DNA of 64,000 nucleotides, from positions 1-64,000 of the forward strand of contig JAHBMJ010000046.1 in the NCBI GenBank assembly GCA_018398765.1. Direction: 5' to 3'. The notes beneath the pieces are model-generated. The model did no database searches. It was not told the origin of the DNA and saw only the letters and a list, made by a program, of their open reading frames with translations. Positions 25,539 through 38,080 of this stretch are shown here, piece after piece. Position 1 is the stretch's first letter; every line of letters starts with the position of its first letter. The stretch comes from Chromera velia. Its lineage: Eukaryota. Position numbers and translations under genes: made by a program.

Positions 25539-27525
25539 TCGCCTGTCTGTGTCCGTGGGTTTCTCCCTCTCTCTCTCTATCTCCCTCTCTATGTCTATCT
25601 GTCTATCTGTCTGTATCTCTATCTATCTACGGCCATCTATCTCGATCTGCCTGTCCATCCACCTTTCTGTCTGTCTGTTCAACATATCTACCTATATTTG
25701 TGTGTAGGTGTGTGAATGTGTGTGTGCCTGCGCTTTTTTCCATCCGTTTGCGTATCTGTCTGCTCAATGTGAAAACCCTTCGCACGCTTGTGAGTTCTGC
25801 AAGTTGCTTTTCTCTCTGTCGCTTTGCCTGTAAATGGTTGTTGAGTATGTGTATATGCAACTGGTGATGGCACCCTCCTATGGGCTGTGTTGTGCTTCTG
25901 CAGCAATCCCCCGGAAGCAGGAGTTGGAACCAGCCCCGCAACAGATGCGCAGAGACGAAGTTTGCGTCCAAGTACTACAAACTCCTGAAGGTCTCCCCAT
26001 TTGCAAAGGAGCAGACCCCACAGAGCTCTCCCTAACCGCATCCCTCCGTTCGTCTCTTTCATGAAACCATTTCGTCGACTGCTTGCCCGTATACATCAAG
26101 AAAAGACGTGCAAATCGCATTCACATGTTCCATGACCTTGGCAATCAATATCGCAGCAGCAGCACAGTCAGAGGAAAAGATTCAGAAAAATCCTATTGAT
26201 CTCTCGACGTTTCAACTTTAAAGGGAGAAGGCATGCACGACAAGACAACGCGTGGCAACCAATGGTCAAAGATACAGACCAAATTAGAACATAAGAAGGA
26301 TAATGTCAAAAGACATGGAGCGGAGGGGGGAAAAGGGGAAACTGATACAAGTCTTCTTGTCTGTCTACTGACCTGTTGTAGTCATCGCAAGCGCATATCG
26401 TGTTTTTTATCCCAAACGCACTTGCCAGTAAAAAACAAACATGCATTGTACGAAGATTCGTCTATATGTGCAAAACTCCTATGAAAATATATCAATCAAG
26501 AAGTTTTTAACATTAAATTCTATCATATTCTAATAATTCTATAAAATATTTACTTTATAGTGTTTTAAGTTCAGTTACCAGGAAAATTAACAACTGTTGT
26601 TCAAGTGTTATAGGAGTGTTATTACTGTGTTAATTGCTTAGAGTGTTGCCCGAGATAATGTATAAAAACTAAATGTCAGTCTATTAAATGGTTTTTGGTT
26701 GATAAATAAAAAAAGAAAAACAAGATCGAAAACTTTCTTTTTTTTTCTTTCTTTATTTATAGAGTGCAGGGCCTAGGAATATTCTATTGTTAATTTTTTT
26801 TCATAGTCAATTTTATCCATATTCTATCAAAAATAATAGTTTTAGCCCATTGTTGACCAGAAATAACGTATACAAGGATTTTTATATGTTTTTGACATAG
26901 CCGTTACTCCTAATAACTCACAATTAATCACCGTTAATGCTACATTATTACTAGCTATTAAGTGTTAATGACATGCATTAAGTGGTTCATATAATAATTT
27001 CAGCTTAAAAGGCCAATTAAAGCCATGTACATCCATTATCTATACACAATATAATGGATTCGATTAGATTAGATTCGTCGTCGATTGTGCACTTTATATT
27101 GCGTGAACGGGTGTTTTCTTTCTTTTTGAATTGATTTCTTTCCCAAGAGGGCTCTGGGAACTTTTTTCAGCAATTCAGTTGATCTCATCAGTCCCTCTAT
27201 GTTGCAAGATTAGCAACACTGTTTCTGTGGGTGCATGATAGAGTGAGAAAGTTGAAAGAAAGAGGCGTGTGAAGAAAGTTTCTTCGGGGCTGGATAAGCA
27301 GTCTGGTGTTTTGTGTACACGGTCAGTCGCATCTGTTGCTTGCACCCTCTATAGCACCTGTATGTGTGTATGGTTCTTCATTTGTACAGGTGTGGTTCAA
27401 GAAACAGTCTATGTATCTGTGCGCATATGTGTTTACAGCTGTGACCGTCTGTCAAGCTTGTAGCTGATGTATGCTTGCAAGAATACGCCTGATTTCTTGT
27501 CCCACCCCCCCTCTCCATCGCTTTG

Positions 27526-29085
27526 TCAATAAGAGTCAGCGCAAAGCATTGCATACCAGTTGAGAGTGGTAAGAAATAAACCGGTCTTCATCTCAACGAA
27601 GGTGAGTTGCAGAAGAGTGAAAGGGAAAAGGAAAGCTTCCTCAGCAGGCTGCCCTAAAATGAGCCATTTGTAAATTGAAGCAAGAAACATGACAAACCCG
27701 CCTGCAAAGTGCAAGGCTGCCTGAATGAGCTTGTACCCCCCAACAATCGCGGAGAGCGCAACTGCAAACGGATAATTGATAAGTGCCCCTTTCTCAGACT
27801 GCCCCAGCTGGAGCAGTGAGAGATTTTGCGACTCAAGAAAACGAATAGGTGAAACCTGGTGATGGGCAATAGAAAGAAACGAAGTCGGCGTTGTGTCATT
27901 CGTCTTTGTTTCTGCTTCTTCCTCTGCAGCTGCAAGAACCGCCTCTGCACCTAAGTCCACCGTCACCCGGGCCAACTTCTTGTCCATTCCTTCCGCATCG
28001 ATAATCGCAACCCCATTTTTTTTTATCTCGTCTGTGCTCGGCACATCGTAGATCATTGCGCTCTCTGCCTGTTCGGTCAATTTCTGCACAGCCGCCCCCG
28101 CCTCTCTGACCTCCGCACTTGTCGGCTTCCGTTTTCCTCTCCCACCAGCCGCGCTCCCCCCTCCGCCCGATTTCGCCTTCTGCTGAAACAGCAGCTTCGT
28201 GAGTTTGTTGATCAACGACCCGAATGCGCATGTTGCTGCCTCTTTTCTCCCTACGGTCTCGGGTCCCTCTCTCTCCTGGTCATCACCCCCTCCCACTCGC
28301 TTTGTGGAACAGATCTGCAGTTCTTTCTCGAACATGGTTGCAAGGTGGGTATTGACGTTTGCTGCTTCATCTTTGCTAAGACCCAAACCGCACTCTGCTT
28401 CGAAACTGCCAAAGGAAACAGCCCCAGGCTCGAGCCCTGCTTTGGCAGGCTTCTTGGCACTGCACTGCGCTTTGATCTTCGTGACAAATCTCTGGATCTG
28501 CGGGGAGTTGGCGAGGCTGTGTGGAATGCCCATGCAGGATTGAAAGTTGTCAAGTGTGCAGTCCTCCAGATTGAAGGGGGCGGGAGTGGAGTCGCCTTCT
28601 TCAGACGACTTGAAGAAACCAAATACGGCTTCCTTGATCAGGAGCATCTGACTAGAGACTTTGTTTCCTTCCGCTGTCCCCCTGTACTTCAAAAGCCAGT
28701 AGAAATACTGAACCAGAGATTCGGCCGCAGCAGTTTTCACGTGCTCTTGGTCACGGTACGGGACCAACGCCGCGTCCCCCCAAACTTTATGGCCCAGTGC
28801 CGTATACTTTCCTTTCTTTCCCCAAGACAGACAGCAAGCCGGATTGTACTAGCAGAAATGAGCCGTGGTAAATGTAGTGAAGACAGTGTTTGGGTTTCCC
28901 AATGCTACATCGACTGCCATGACGGCCTTCTTGCTGCACGTCATCACTTCTGATCGCTGAAGGAACTCAGACTCAGTCTGGTCCCTTGGCATTCCGAGAG
29001 ACGATTGTTTCACTGGTTGTGAGATGACTGTGGCCGCCACAGAAAAGCTGAGCAAAGAAACGAGGAGAAGAAAAATGCGTGCCGT
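27526..29085 (-). pseudogene. Signal-peptide / C-terminal membrane hypothetical protein interrupted by an in-frame TAG (28849-28851)
   Basis: ORFs 28849-29205 and 27526-28767 share a frame and are linked by 27 sense codons. Signal-like (T)ARIFLLLVSLLSFSVAA begins with ACG, not ATG, at 29085. Hydrophobic C-terminal segments. Intronless. Confidence 0.6.
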
Positions 29086-29767
29086 GGTCCAAAACAGAGA
29101 CGGCGGGCAAATACATATATATGTGTCGGTTAAACGATTTAAACCTGGTAATTTGGACTGGTCTGCTTCAGGGACAGAAGGAGACGTGATAGCTGCTGAC
29201 AGCAAGGAAGGTATGTGTATTTAGAGTACGTGGCTTGAGCACTTACATATATTTCTTCAATGATTGTTCTTTAATTTTGCATGCAGTTATTTATAACATA
29301 CATACTTTTTTTTTCACTGGCAGCCTTCAATTATATATAATTGGATCGATCCACCGTTATTAATTTTTTTTTAGACATCCTAAATTAGGAAAAAAGAAAA
29401 ATGCGCGCGCTTTGTGCGCGCCATGTACTGCATGCGCACACGCGCATACACACGTGCGCACGCGCCATAACAGTTGACTTTGTCACGTACGTTGGCCCGC
29501 GCACGCAGCCAAGGCTGTCTCTAGGGCTGTCTGAGCCGGCCGTCTTACATCGCGCCACTCCAGGAACTAGTCCGGGAATCTACAGTTGACAAACTGACCT
29601 TTGGTTCAGGCTCTTGTCGTCAGATCGACCCGCTACACTCACCACATAATACAGGTACTACATGTACAAAAGTGTATTAGAACACATCAACAGGAAGACA
29701 TCTTCAATAACAAAGCTCAATTAAATAAAATCCATTCAAATTTCGAAATCCAAATAACCCTTTTCTT

Positions 29768-30586
29768 CCCTGCAAGTTGCCAAGAATATGAAGGAATTTG
29801 AGGTAGGAATATGAAGGAATATGCAGGAATATAGGGTAGGAATATGAAGGAATATGTAGGATTATGCAGGAATATGAGATAGGAATCTACAGGTCAAAAT
29901 TAGCAGGAATTTTAAAAATAAATTCCTATAAACTAGGAAATTAAGACATAATTTCCTAGCAGCAGGAATTTGTTAATTTAATAAAAAACATAGTTAGGAA
30001 TATGAAGGAATATATAGGAATATAAAGGAATTTGAGGTAGGAATATGAAGGAATATACAGGCTAGTATACAGGAATATAGGGTAGAAATATAAGAAAGAT
30101 TTATATGTGATCTAACGGCCCTCGCGCCACAGGCACACACAGCACTCTTATGTTGCTCCTATTTCTAGAGGTTGTGTTAACAGAGTCTCTTTCTCAATTT
30201 CATACAAGCAGCAGTCTCTTATTTTATCTGACTCCTCAATCTGAATTTAATTAGTGCAATATATGCATTTGTATACATGCATTTAATTCTGTATGCATAG
30301 ATTTGTAAGATGTCCACGCGCTCGGTCTTGGCTCAATGGAAGGACGCCACGCCGTAGAGCCGGTTGGCCGGTGCCGGTCCCACTGCGCGTCTTTCTATAT
30401 AAAAGAAAATAGTGTTTTCCAAGTATCAGGAATTTTAATTTAAATTCCTACCGATTTTCACCTGTAGATTCCTACCTCATATTCCTGCATAATCTTACAT
30501 ATTCCTTCATATTCCTACCCCATATTCCTGCATAGTCCTTCATATTCCTACCTTAAATTCCTTCATATTCCTGGCAACTTGCAGGG
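29768..30586. mobile_element. Non-autonomous DNA transposon, 819 bp, ~160-bp TIRs, 5-bp TSD TTCTT
   Basis: CCCTGCAAGTTGCCA(A/G)GAATATGAAGGAATTT... at 29768, with its reverse complement ending at 30586. TTCTT lies directly before and after. TIRs are built of GGAATATGNA sub-repeats. Confidence 0.9.
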
Positions 30587-30746
30587 TTCTTTGAGTTTTG
30601 TTACTTTTATAAAATAATACATCCAGTACTAAGTTGTAATACTTGAATAATGCTTACTTCATGTTCACCGAGCCTTGAACTCGATCAGCTTTCAAGTTCC
30701 CATGTCAATCTGAGATTTCGATAACAATATTTGTTCATACTTATGT

Positions 30747-32203
30747 TTATATATAGTCCATCAGGTTGTCAGGTTCAACATGCTCCTTTCGATCTGTGCC
30801 GCCCTCCTCCGGCTCCGGTGAGGCACTGCCATTCACTGGCGATGGATCGGCCGCGCCCTCTTCCCCTTTCTCTTCTGTTTCAAACGTCGCCGGAGCATTT
30901 GAAGGTGAGGCACGGGATCTGAGGCTGTCGGGCGACTTAGAGGCCCGGGGAAAGGCGGAAGGCTTCGGGGAATCGGAATTGGCAGAGTCACCACTTACCT
31001 GCTTCGCATAGTTCAGACCGCTCCACGCAGCCGGAACATTCTCATCGTCACTTGGCAGGTCTGCTGGATCCATGCCTTCTTTCTCAACTACCTGCCAATT
31101 CTCTGGCTCGGAATCTGCAACAGGCGTCGAGATGCCTTCAGGGACTGATTGAGAGTGCGGGGTCTCCCCTCCCTTCCCCGCCCCAACCTTCCATTTGGAC
31201 CCTCCACGAGGGATCCAACCCGATATGCGGTTAGATGAGGGACCGCTCCCCCCTGTCACAGAACCCCCCTCCTGCTTGTCTCCCTTCACCTGCTCCCGCA
31301 GTGAGCTGGCCAGATTAAATGCCCGTCCCACCAAGGCACCCCCCACCTGGGAGATCTTGGAGGTCCTCAAAGTTCCCAGAAGTGACCCTGTTGACTGCCG
31401 CTCCCCTTCTACGACAGGAGTCGTCTCTGCGTCACTTTCTCTGCTGGCTGGATTTGCATCTCCCGTTCCATTTCTGTCCGCTGGCAATCCCTCTTTCGGC
31501 CTGTCAGTCGGAGTGTCCGACTGGGCCGCTACCGGTGGAGGAGTAGCGGCAGAATTCCTTCCACTAGCTGCTGCCTGCTGAGAGTCTGCTGTCTGTGTCT
31601 GCTGCCCCCCTCCGGTCGTTGGGGTCCCCTGGGCGTTTCTGCCCGACGCCGCCGCCCTGGACGCAGCAGCAGAGGCAGACGAGGCCAGTCTGGCAAAAAA
31701 GTTTTTCGCAGACGAGAGAGGCGCAGCGCCAACTCCTGAAAGAGCCGCGGCTGAAGGCAGAGCAGGAGAGCGTCCGCCCTGCGAAGGGAGCACAGTCCTG
31801 CCGGGATTCACCGGGGACACCATGTTCATCTCCACGAGATCGTCCGCTCTGCAATAGAAAGAAGCAAAGCGACAGAAAAATGAAGAAAGATAACGGAGAC
31901 ACAGAAATGTGCAGAAATTCTTGCGCAGATCAATTTGAAGTCAACCAAAGAAGATCGGAGAGAAAGCGTACTGCCAACACAGACTGGAACCCAAGTGCGG
32001 GGAAACGGAATGAAACCGTAGCAAAAAGAAGAGATTGATTCGGGACTCGCGTTTGTGTGCCCACCTCATTTGAACCGCGTGAGAAATGATCGACTGGATA
32101 TCGAAGGCCGGGAAGTGCTGTAGGAGTTTCAAGTTTGTTGCAAAATCTCCTTGCATCAGCACTTCACGAAGCTGCAAGAATCGAGGGTGGGAAAGCACAT
32201 GCA

Positions 32204-32242
<39 letters not shown>

Positions 32243-32260
32243 TTACACACACACACGCAC

Positions 32261-32298
<38 letters not shown>

Positions 32299-35155
32299 AG
32301 AGACAGAGGGAGTCTCTACATGCACAGCAGTCATTTAGCCAATGTATTTCTCAAACCGTTCAGACCGAAAGGGCGGCCATGAACAATCTTCCTATTCCCT
32401 CTCTTCCCAAGATCCAAAAAAGACTTGTCGGTCGGACTGGTCTTTCACGGACCTAGCTCCAACAGTCTCTCTTCCTTCCAAACACCTTTACTTTCCTCCT
32501 CACCACAGATCAATTCAAGTGCCCACCCGCAAGGTCATCGCCACACAAACATAGAAGAGGAAAGGCAGAGGGACCCCCTTGTCCCTGTCTGCGAGGAAAC
32601 AGTCCCACAAACGGACTACCTCCGGAAGCTCAAACTCCTGCATGCACCCAAATTCATCCACCACACAAGAGCACAAGACAAGAAAATGAACTAGGGCGAA
32701 AGTATGCAAGAAGGACTCAAAGCAAACAGACGAGAGAGAAAACACCGCGATGGGAGGAATTGTCGGGGGAAAAAAGAAAGGATCACAAAGTCTGAATGAT
32801 TCCTTTCTCTTACTCATCCACCCACCTGCGTGAGGAGCAACATGATCCACCTCATCGCGTAGAATTGCGGTTCGATTCCCTGATCTTCCAGAAGATGGGA
32901 GAGCTCGGGGTCCTGCAGGAAATCAGACAAACAGACAAACACGACAGACAAACAGACTGACAGACAGGCAGGTAGGTAGGTACGATTTCTCGCCTGGGGT
33001 TGGATTCGGATCGGAACCCCACCTCAGATGACAATACCGAGAGGAAAGCTCTCACCCCAAAAGGAGAGGGACCGAGTGACAATCAATCCGAGAGAAAATG
33101 CCACGCGGTCCAAACCTTCTCAATTTCTTCTTTTGTCGGGGTGGCAGAAAGGAAACGACAAGAGGTGGGCACATGAACCCATTTATTCCAATTGACAAAC
33201 TTCCGCAAAATAAAGCAGAGAATCGGCCGACCTTTGACTTCAAAAGTTCATGATAGATTCGCAGTTTCCCCTTGATGCCTTCTTCGCTCGTGTCCAACGC
33301 TCTGCAGGGACAATTGACAAATTATCATCACGATCACGGTCCGACCTTAGGCAGAGGAACCACATTTGAAGACAGCGGAGGAAGGCAGGAAGAAGACAGA
33401 CTCAGAGGGCGGACGACATGAGAAGGAAAGAGAGAGAAAGGCAGTGCACTCGTTGGTCGAGAAAGACGCGGAAGGGGAAAACTTCAGGGAGTAAGGCTAC
33501 CACCTACTTGCAAAACATATCCCTCTGCTCCTGCATGACCTCGGTGAAGCAGAAAAAGGTGTCTGCCTCTGCCTGCACGAAGAAATGAAAATCACCTTAT
33601 AACGGTATGCAAATTCATACAGGACGCGTAGAGCAATACAGAGAGACCTCTGACGCATTGAGAACTGGCAAGACATGGTTGTCAACTTACAGACCCAAAA
33701 AGAAAACGAGAGAAAGAAAAGAACTAGTCATGCCTTCTCAACCGCGAGCCTTCCAGTCCTCATCCCTGCTGTTGGTGGCTACATCTGGTGTCCTGAGGAA
33801 AGCACGGACGCAATGCAGAGTATTCCCCTTCCCCCCATCCATTCGACCTGCTGCAGGTTCTCTGCCAGAGGGTCGATGAACACGACGTAGTAGATGGGGG
33901 CCAAGACCTCATTCATGCCTGCAGACAGGTAGCGGTAATTTGATCGAAGTCTCGATTAGTGCGTCTGTCTCTCTCTGCAGCTTTCAGCCCGAATCATTCA
34001 CCGTCCACTATTTGGACGGGGCCAAGCCCGCTGCCGCCGCCTGTACTCAGATACAGAGAGACAGATTGAGTAGACCAAGACCACGACCCTGAGTCTATAT
34101 CTTAGAGACATGGAGGGTGCGCTGAGAAGAAGCGAGGAAAACGGACTGATGCCAAGCGGGACACGAGGAAGGTCCAAGAGGGAAAAAAGCTGAAAGAACG
34201 GAGGCGAAAGGAAAGAGATCAAACTGTTCGGTCCCTGACCACTGAAAAAAATTATCTGTTTCATCTTGTTCAAACAAGCCAATGCAGCCCCACCCACTTT
34301 CATCACGTCTCAGATCACGTCAAAGTATTCCTCTCATTAGAGAAGACCCTCATCCAAATCTGTCAGGCCGCACATGCAGAAGCAAAAACCAAAAGATCTA
34401 CGCACAAAACCCTCTTCACCCTCTTTCTCACCCTGAATATACTGGAGTCCGCTGTTGAGTTTTGCGTACACAAAGAGAATGCGCGACAGCAGATCGTGGT
34501 GCCGCTTGGGAGAAAACATGTCCGCATAGTCAACTCCTGGTGCGATGGGGCCCTGAGAAGCCACGAGCTCATCTCCCTCATCTCCCTCTCCTTTGTCCCC
34601 TCCTCCCTCGGTTCCAGCAGAGGCATCGCCTTCGTTCCCTCCGACTGCCGATGAAGAGGCGGAGGAGCTTGCCTCGGCTGTAGTGGGCACTGGAGATACT
34701 GCGGATCCCCCGCCCCCTCCCGGTGTCTTCGCCCCCCCAGCTGCCGAGTCGAGACAGACCATCCTTGCCTCTCGAGTTCTCAACCGACGAGAGAAAAAAG
34801 AGAGCTCGGGCCGGGTCCGGAATGTGTCCTTGTTGATCTGATCGAAAATCTCGGCGTCCTGCATGCCATGCGCGGATTCAATCAAGGGGGGGGCAGCAGG
34901 AAGGAACAGCAAAGTCAAGTCTAGTCGAACAAAGAGGGACCACCAAGCATCAGAGAGAAGCGAGATGAGATGTTGTTAGGATATCGGAACGATGTATCTG
35001 AGGAATGAGTAGGATCACACTCATTCGACCTAGAGTCTGCGTCTATGTTTTCACCTCAGGTGCAGCCGTCCAGACAAGAAAAGAAAGCGTCGCAGGGGCC
35101 TTCGCCGGGTTTGTTTGTGTCAACAAAAAATATTCATTCGTGCGGAGGTATGCTG

Positions 35156-35195
<40 letters not shown>

Positions 35196-35484
35196 TGTGT
35201 GTGTGTGTGTGTATATGTTTGTGTGTGTATGTGTGTGTGTATGTGTATGTGTGTATATGTTTGTGTGTGTGTGTGTGTGTGTATGCCGACCAACCTGCCA
35301 GAAGCTTCGCCATTCACTGTTGTGTTCCATCGCGAGGGGCTGCAGACAGCGTGGAAACGAATGAATGCAGAGGGGGGAACCTCCCAGATTTGCAAGGGGC
35401 CTATAAACGTCAAGCGAAAGGAAGGTGCGGTGCAGCTGTGACCATCAAGAACAAACGAGGGACGAAACGAATGACAAGGAAGCG

Positions 35485-35517
<33 letters not shown>

Positions 35518-36630
35518 CGGGAAGAAAGGGAGGGGTGTAGGATGGAATGAAGGAGAAAGGAAAGAAAGAAGAAAAGAAAGGAGAGGAAGACGGTAAGGAA
35601 AAATGGAAAAAAGGAAGGTAAAAATGAAACAAGGAAGGAAGGATGGATGGAAAAAAGAAGGAAAAAGAGACAGGAGGGAGGGAGGGAGGGAGGGAGAGAG
35701 GGAGAGAGAACGGAAAGAGAGACGGAAACATGGAAAAATATGAAGAAACCGGCTTACATGGTCTGCAACGGCAGTGCTTCCCAAGGCTTTGATGCGGGAG
35801 GATCCCCCCCCCCCTCCTCCAATTGTCACAGGACCCGAGACTGGAGTCAGAGGTAGACTTTTGACTTTGTCCTTTTTGACTTCGACTGCCGGAGTAGGAG
35901 TTGCAGTTGAAGACGAGGAGGAAGAAGAGGAGGTAGCATTTGCATTTCCAGAAGAAGTCAGTGCGAGGAGACTTGGAGGCGGACAACTCTCCAGGGCAGC
36001 AGCAGCACTCCCCCCCCCCTGTTTCCGCTGCTTCTCGATTTGTTTGGCTCCTTCCCTTAATTGGCGCACCTTTGCCGGCTCCCTGATGAACTCTTTGCAG
36101 TACTCGAAATAGACTTTCCTGAAACGACGACAGAAAATGGGAGAGTTACAAGCGGGAAATGCACTGACTGACGGACGGACGGATCAGATTGACGTACCGA
36201 AAGAAGCGCTCCCACGGGAAACAGACGGTCAATTAACTTCAACAAAGAGAAGGAGGCAGGGGGAGCAGCCAAACAAACCTCATCGGCAGTGCAGCAACCA
36301 AGCAACCACAAACCCACAAGCGGCACTCCCACTCGATTTTAGTTCCCCATGAGCACAGGCACGACTTCATGAAAAGATCAGATGACATGCAGACCCCGAG
36401 AAACGCCTTAGGACCCGGGAGGTACACAGAGCTCACCTGTTTTTCTCGAGTGCCTCGTCCCAGGTGGTCTTGTCTGGCGACAGATACCGAAGCACCAGCT
36501 TCCACACGATTGCTCTCAATGCAGGGAATTGGTCCGGAAGACCGTGGAAGCACAGTCCCCTGAGGTAGTGGATGTTCGGGTGTTCGCCTTGGAGAAGGTC
36601 AAGGAACTCCTCCAGACTGCGGGCACGCAC
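30747..36630 (-). CDS. TBC-domain Rab GTPase-activating protein, TBC1D13-like, multi-exon (5' end unresolved)
   Basis: Exons give [67 protein letters not shown] (Arg finger); [29 protein letters not shown] (Gln finger); [55 protein letters not shown]; then a long disordered last exon ending TAA at 30747. Confidence 0.92.
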
Positions 36631-38080
36631 AGTGGCATGAGGAAAGAAGTGTACTCTTTGTTGTTTCCCGACTAGATAGGGACGAAATGTATCGCTTCAG
36701 TATGTGCATACCTGTAAAAAGTACATAGTAGACTGAGAATTTACAGTGGGGACACTTTTTTGTTTTCGTTGCGTGTCCTGCAGCACGAGAGAATCTTGAG
36801 CGTGCTGTAAAGCAAAAAAACGGGGCACGAAACGCTTCAACAGGGGGCCGAGATCAGAAAAGGCAACGCACTGTTGCCATGCACTTGGGTGTAAACCCGC
36901 CCACAAAGGTCGGAAACAAAAATGTGAGAAGATCTGTGTAGGAGACGGCAGCTTCGACATATCTAAGCAGAACACTGCTCTTCACTTTTTTGTCCAAGAG
37001 CAGGCTGTCAAAAGGTTTGACTCGAAACCAGAAACGCGAATGGCCATTTTTCCCCCACAAAAGTGTAACAAGAGAGCACGCTGAAAGACCAAAATCTTAC
37101 GGCATCACGCCCGTGACACTCAACAAAAATTCTGTTCAAATTGAAACGGCCGACCGACCGTTCATTCATCCGAGTTGTCGGCTGAATTCTTTGTGCAGTG
37201 TCGCGCAGGTGCTCGACAAGCTGCTCAGCAAGAGGCTTCGCCATCTTTGCTTCCAGTCTGAGTCGCGGCTCCTTTCTCAGTTCAAAACTGAATTGCTGTG
37301 TATTATCTTCGTTTAAATGCAGAGGGGCTCCCCACTGTCTCAACCACCCACACCCACAAATTTTGGATGCAGAAGTTGAAGAGAGCCGACAGAACGATTC
37401 ACTATCCTGGAGCAAAGGCGGAAAATTACAAACGATTTCAGTGTTACACGACCAGACGCTCTGAATCTAGTGGACGTCACTGATCAGCAAAAGAGCTGGG
37501 ATGCCAACTCGCCACGACCGTAAGAACTAATCGTCTCCACGATTTTGGACGTGGTTTCATCACAAACACTGATCTCTCCTGGAGTGCATAGATACAGGAC
37601 TCTACTTCATCTGTCCGCCGAATCAGAACTTCTCGTAACGCATTCTGAATGCACAAAGGTTGCAATTGAGAGGTTGAGGATAGTTGAGGCGCGTCTCCGA
37701 ACAAATGCGCTCGAAATGCGCCGGGCCTTGCGCGGGTGCATGATTTTTGTGCATGATTTTCTGTGCCGCCTGCGTCTGCAAAATTGAACATCAGTCCGAC
37801 GATGTCCGACGCAGTCGGACCGACGGATTTCTTTTTGATTGTGGATTTTGAGGAGGGATGCTGAGGACACCAGGAGGGCAGCAATAGGCAGCATTGTCAG
37901 CCTCTCGTTGTCAGCAGTGCTCTCTGTCTCGGCTGACTCCATTTCTTTTTTGTTCATTTGAGATTCCCCCACCCGATTGACCATTCGAGACGGATACTCC
38001 AGATTTGTATCTGTGTAGAAAAGTATCTTCTGCTCAGGAGAGGCATCTGCGACCTTTTATGGCTCTCCGGGTTTGGGAGC

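Noticed and set aside
23256..26150. Possible gene, e.g. exon-like VRTLHEIGLENTARNLPNVSEDIKGKISTL at ~24683-24772
   Set aside because: No consistent exon chain could be built; the region includes an assembly gap and microsatellites.
14085..28851. Genome-wide TAG reassignment to a sense codon
   Set aside because: Only two in-frame TAGs were found. Conserved genes contain none internally, and TAG appears to terminate the PhzE-like and 43085 genes.
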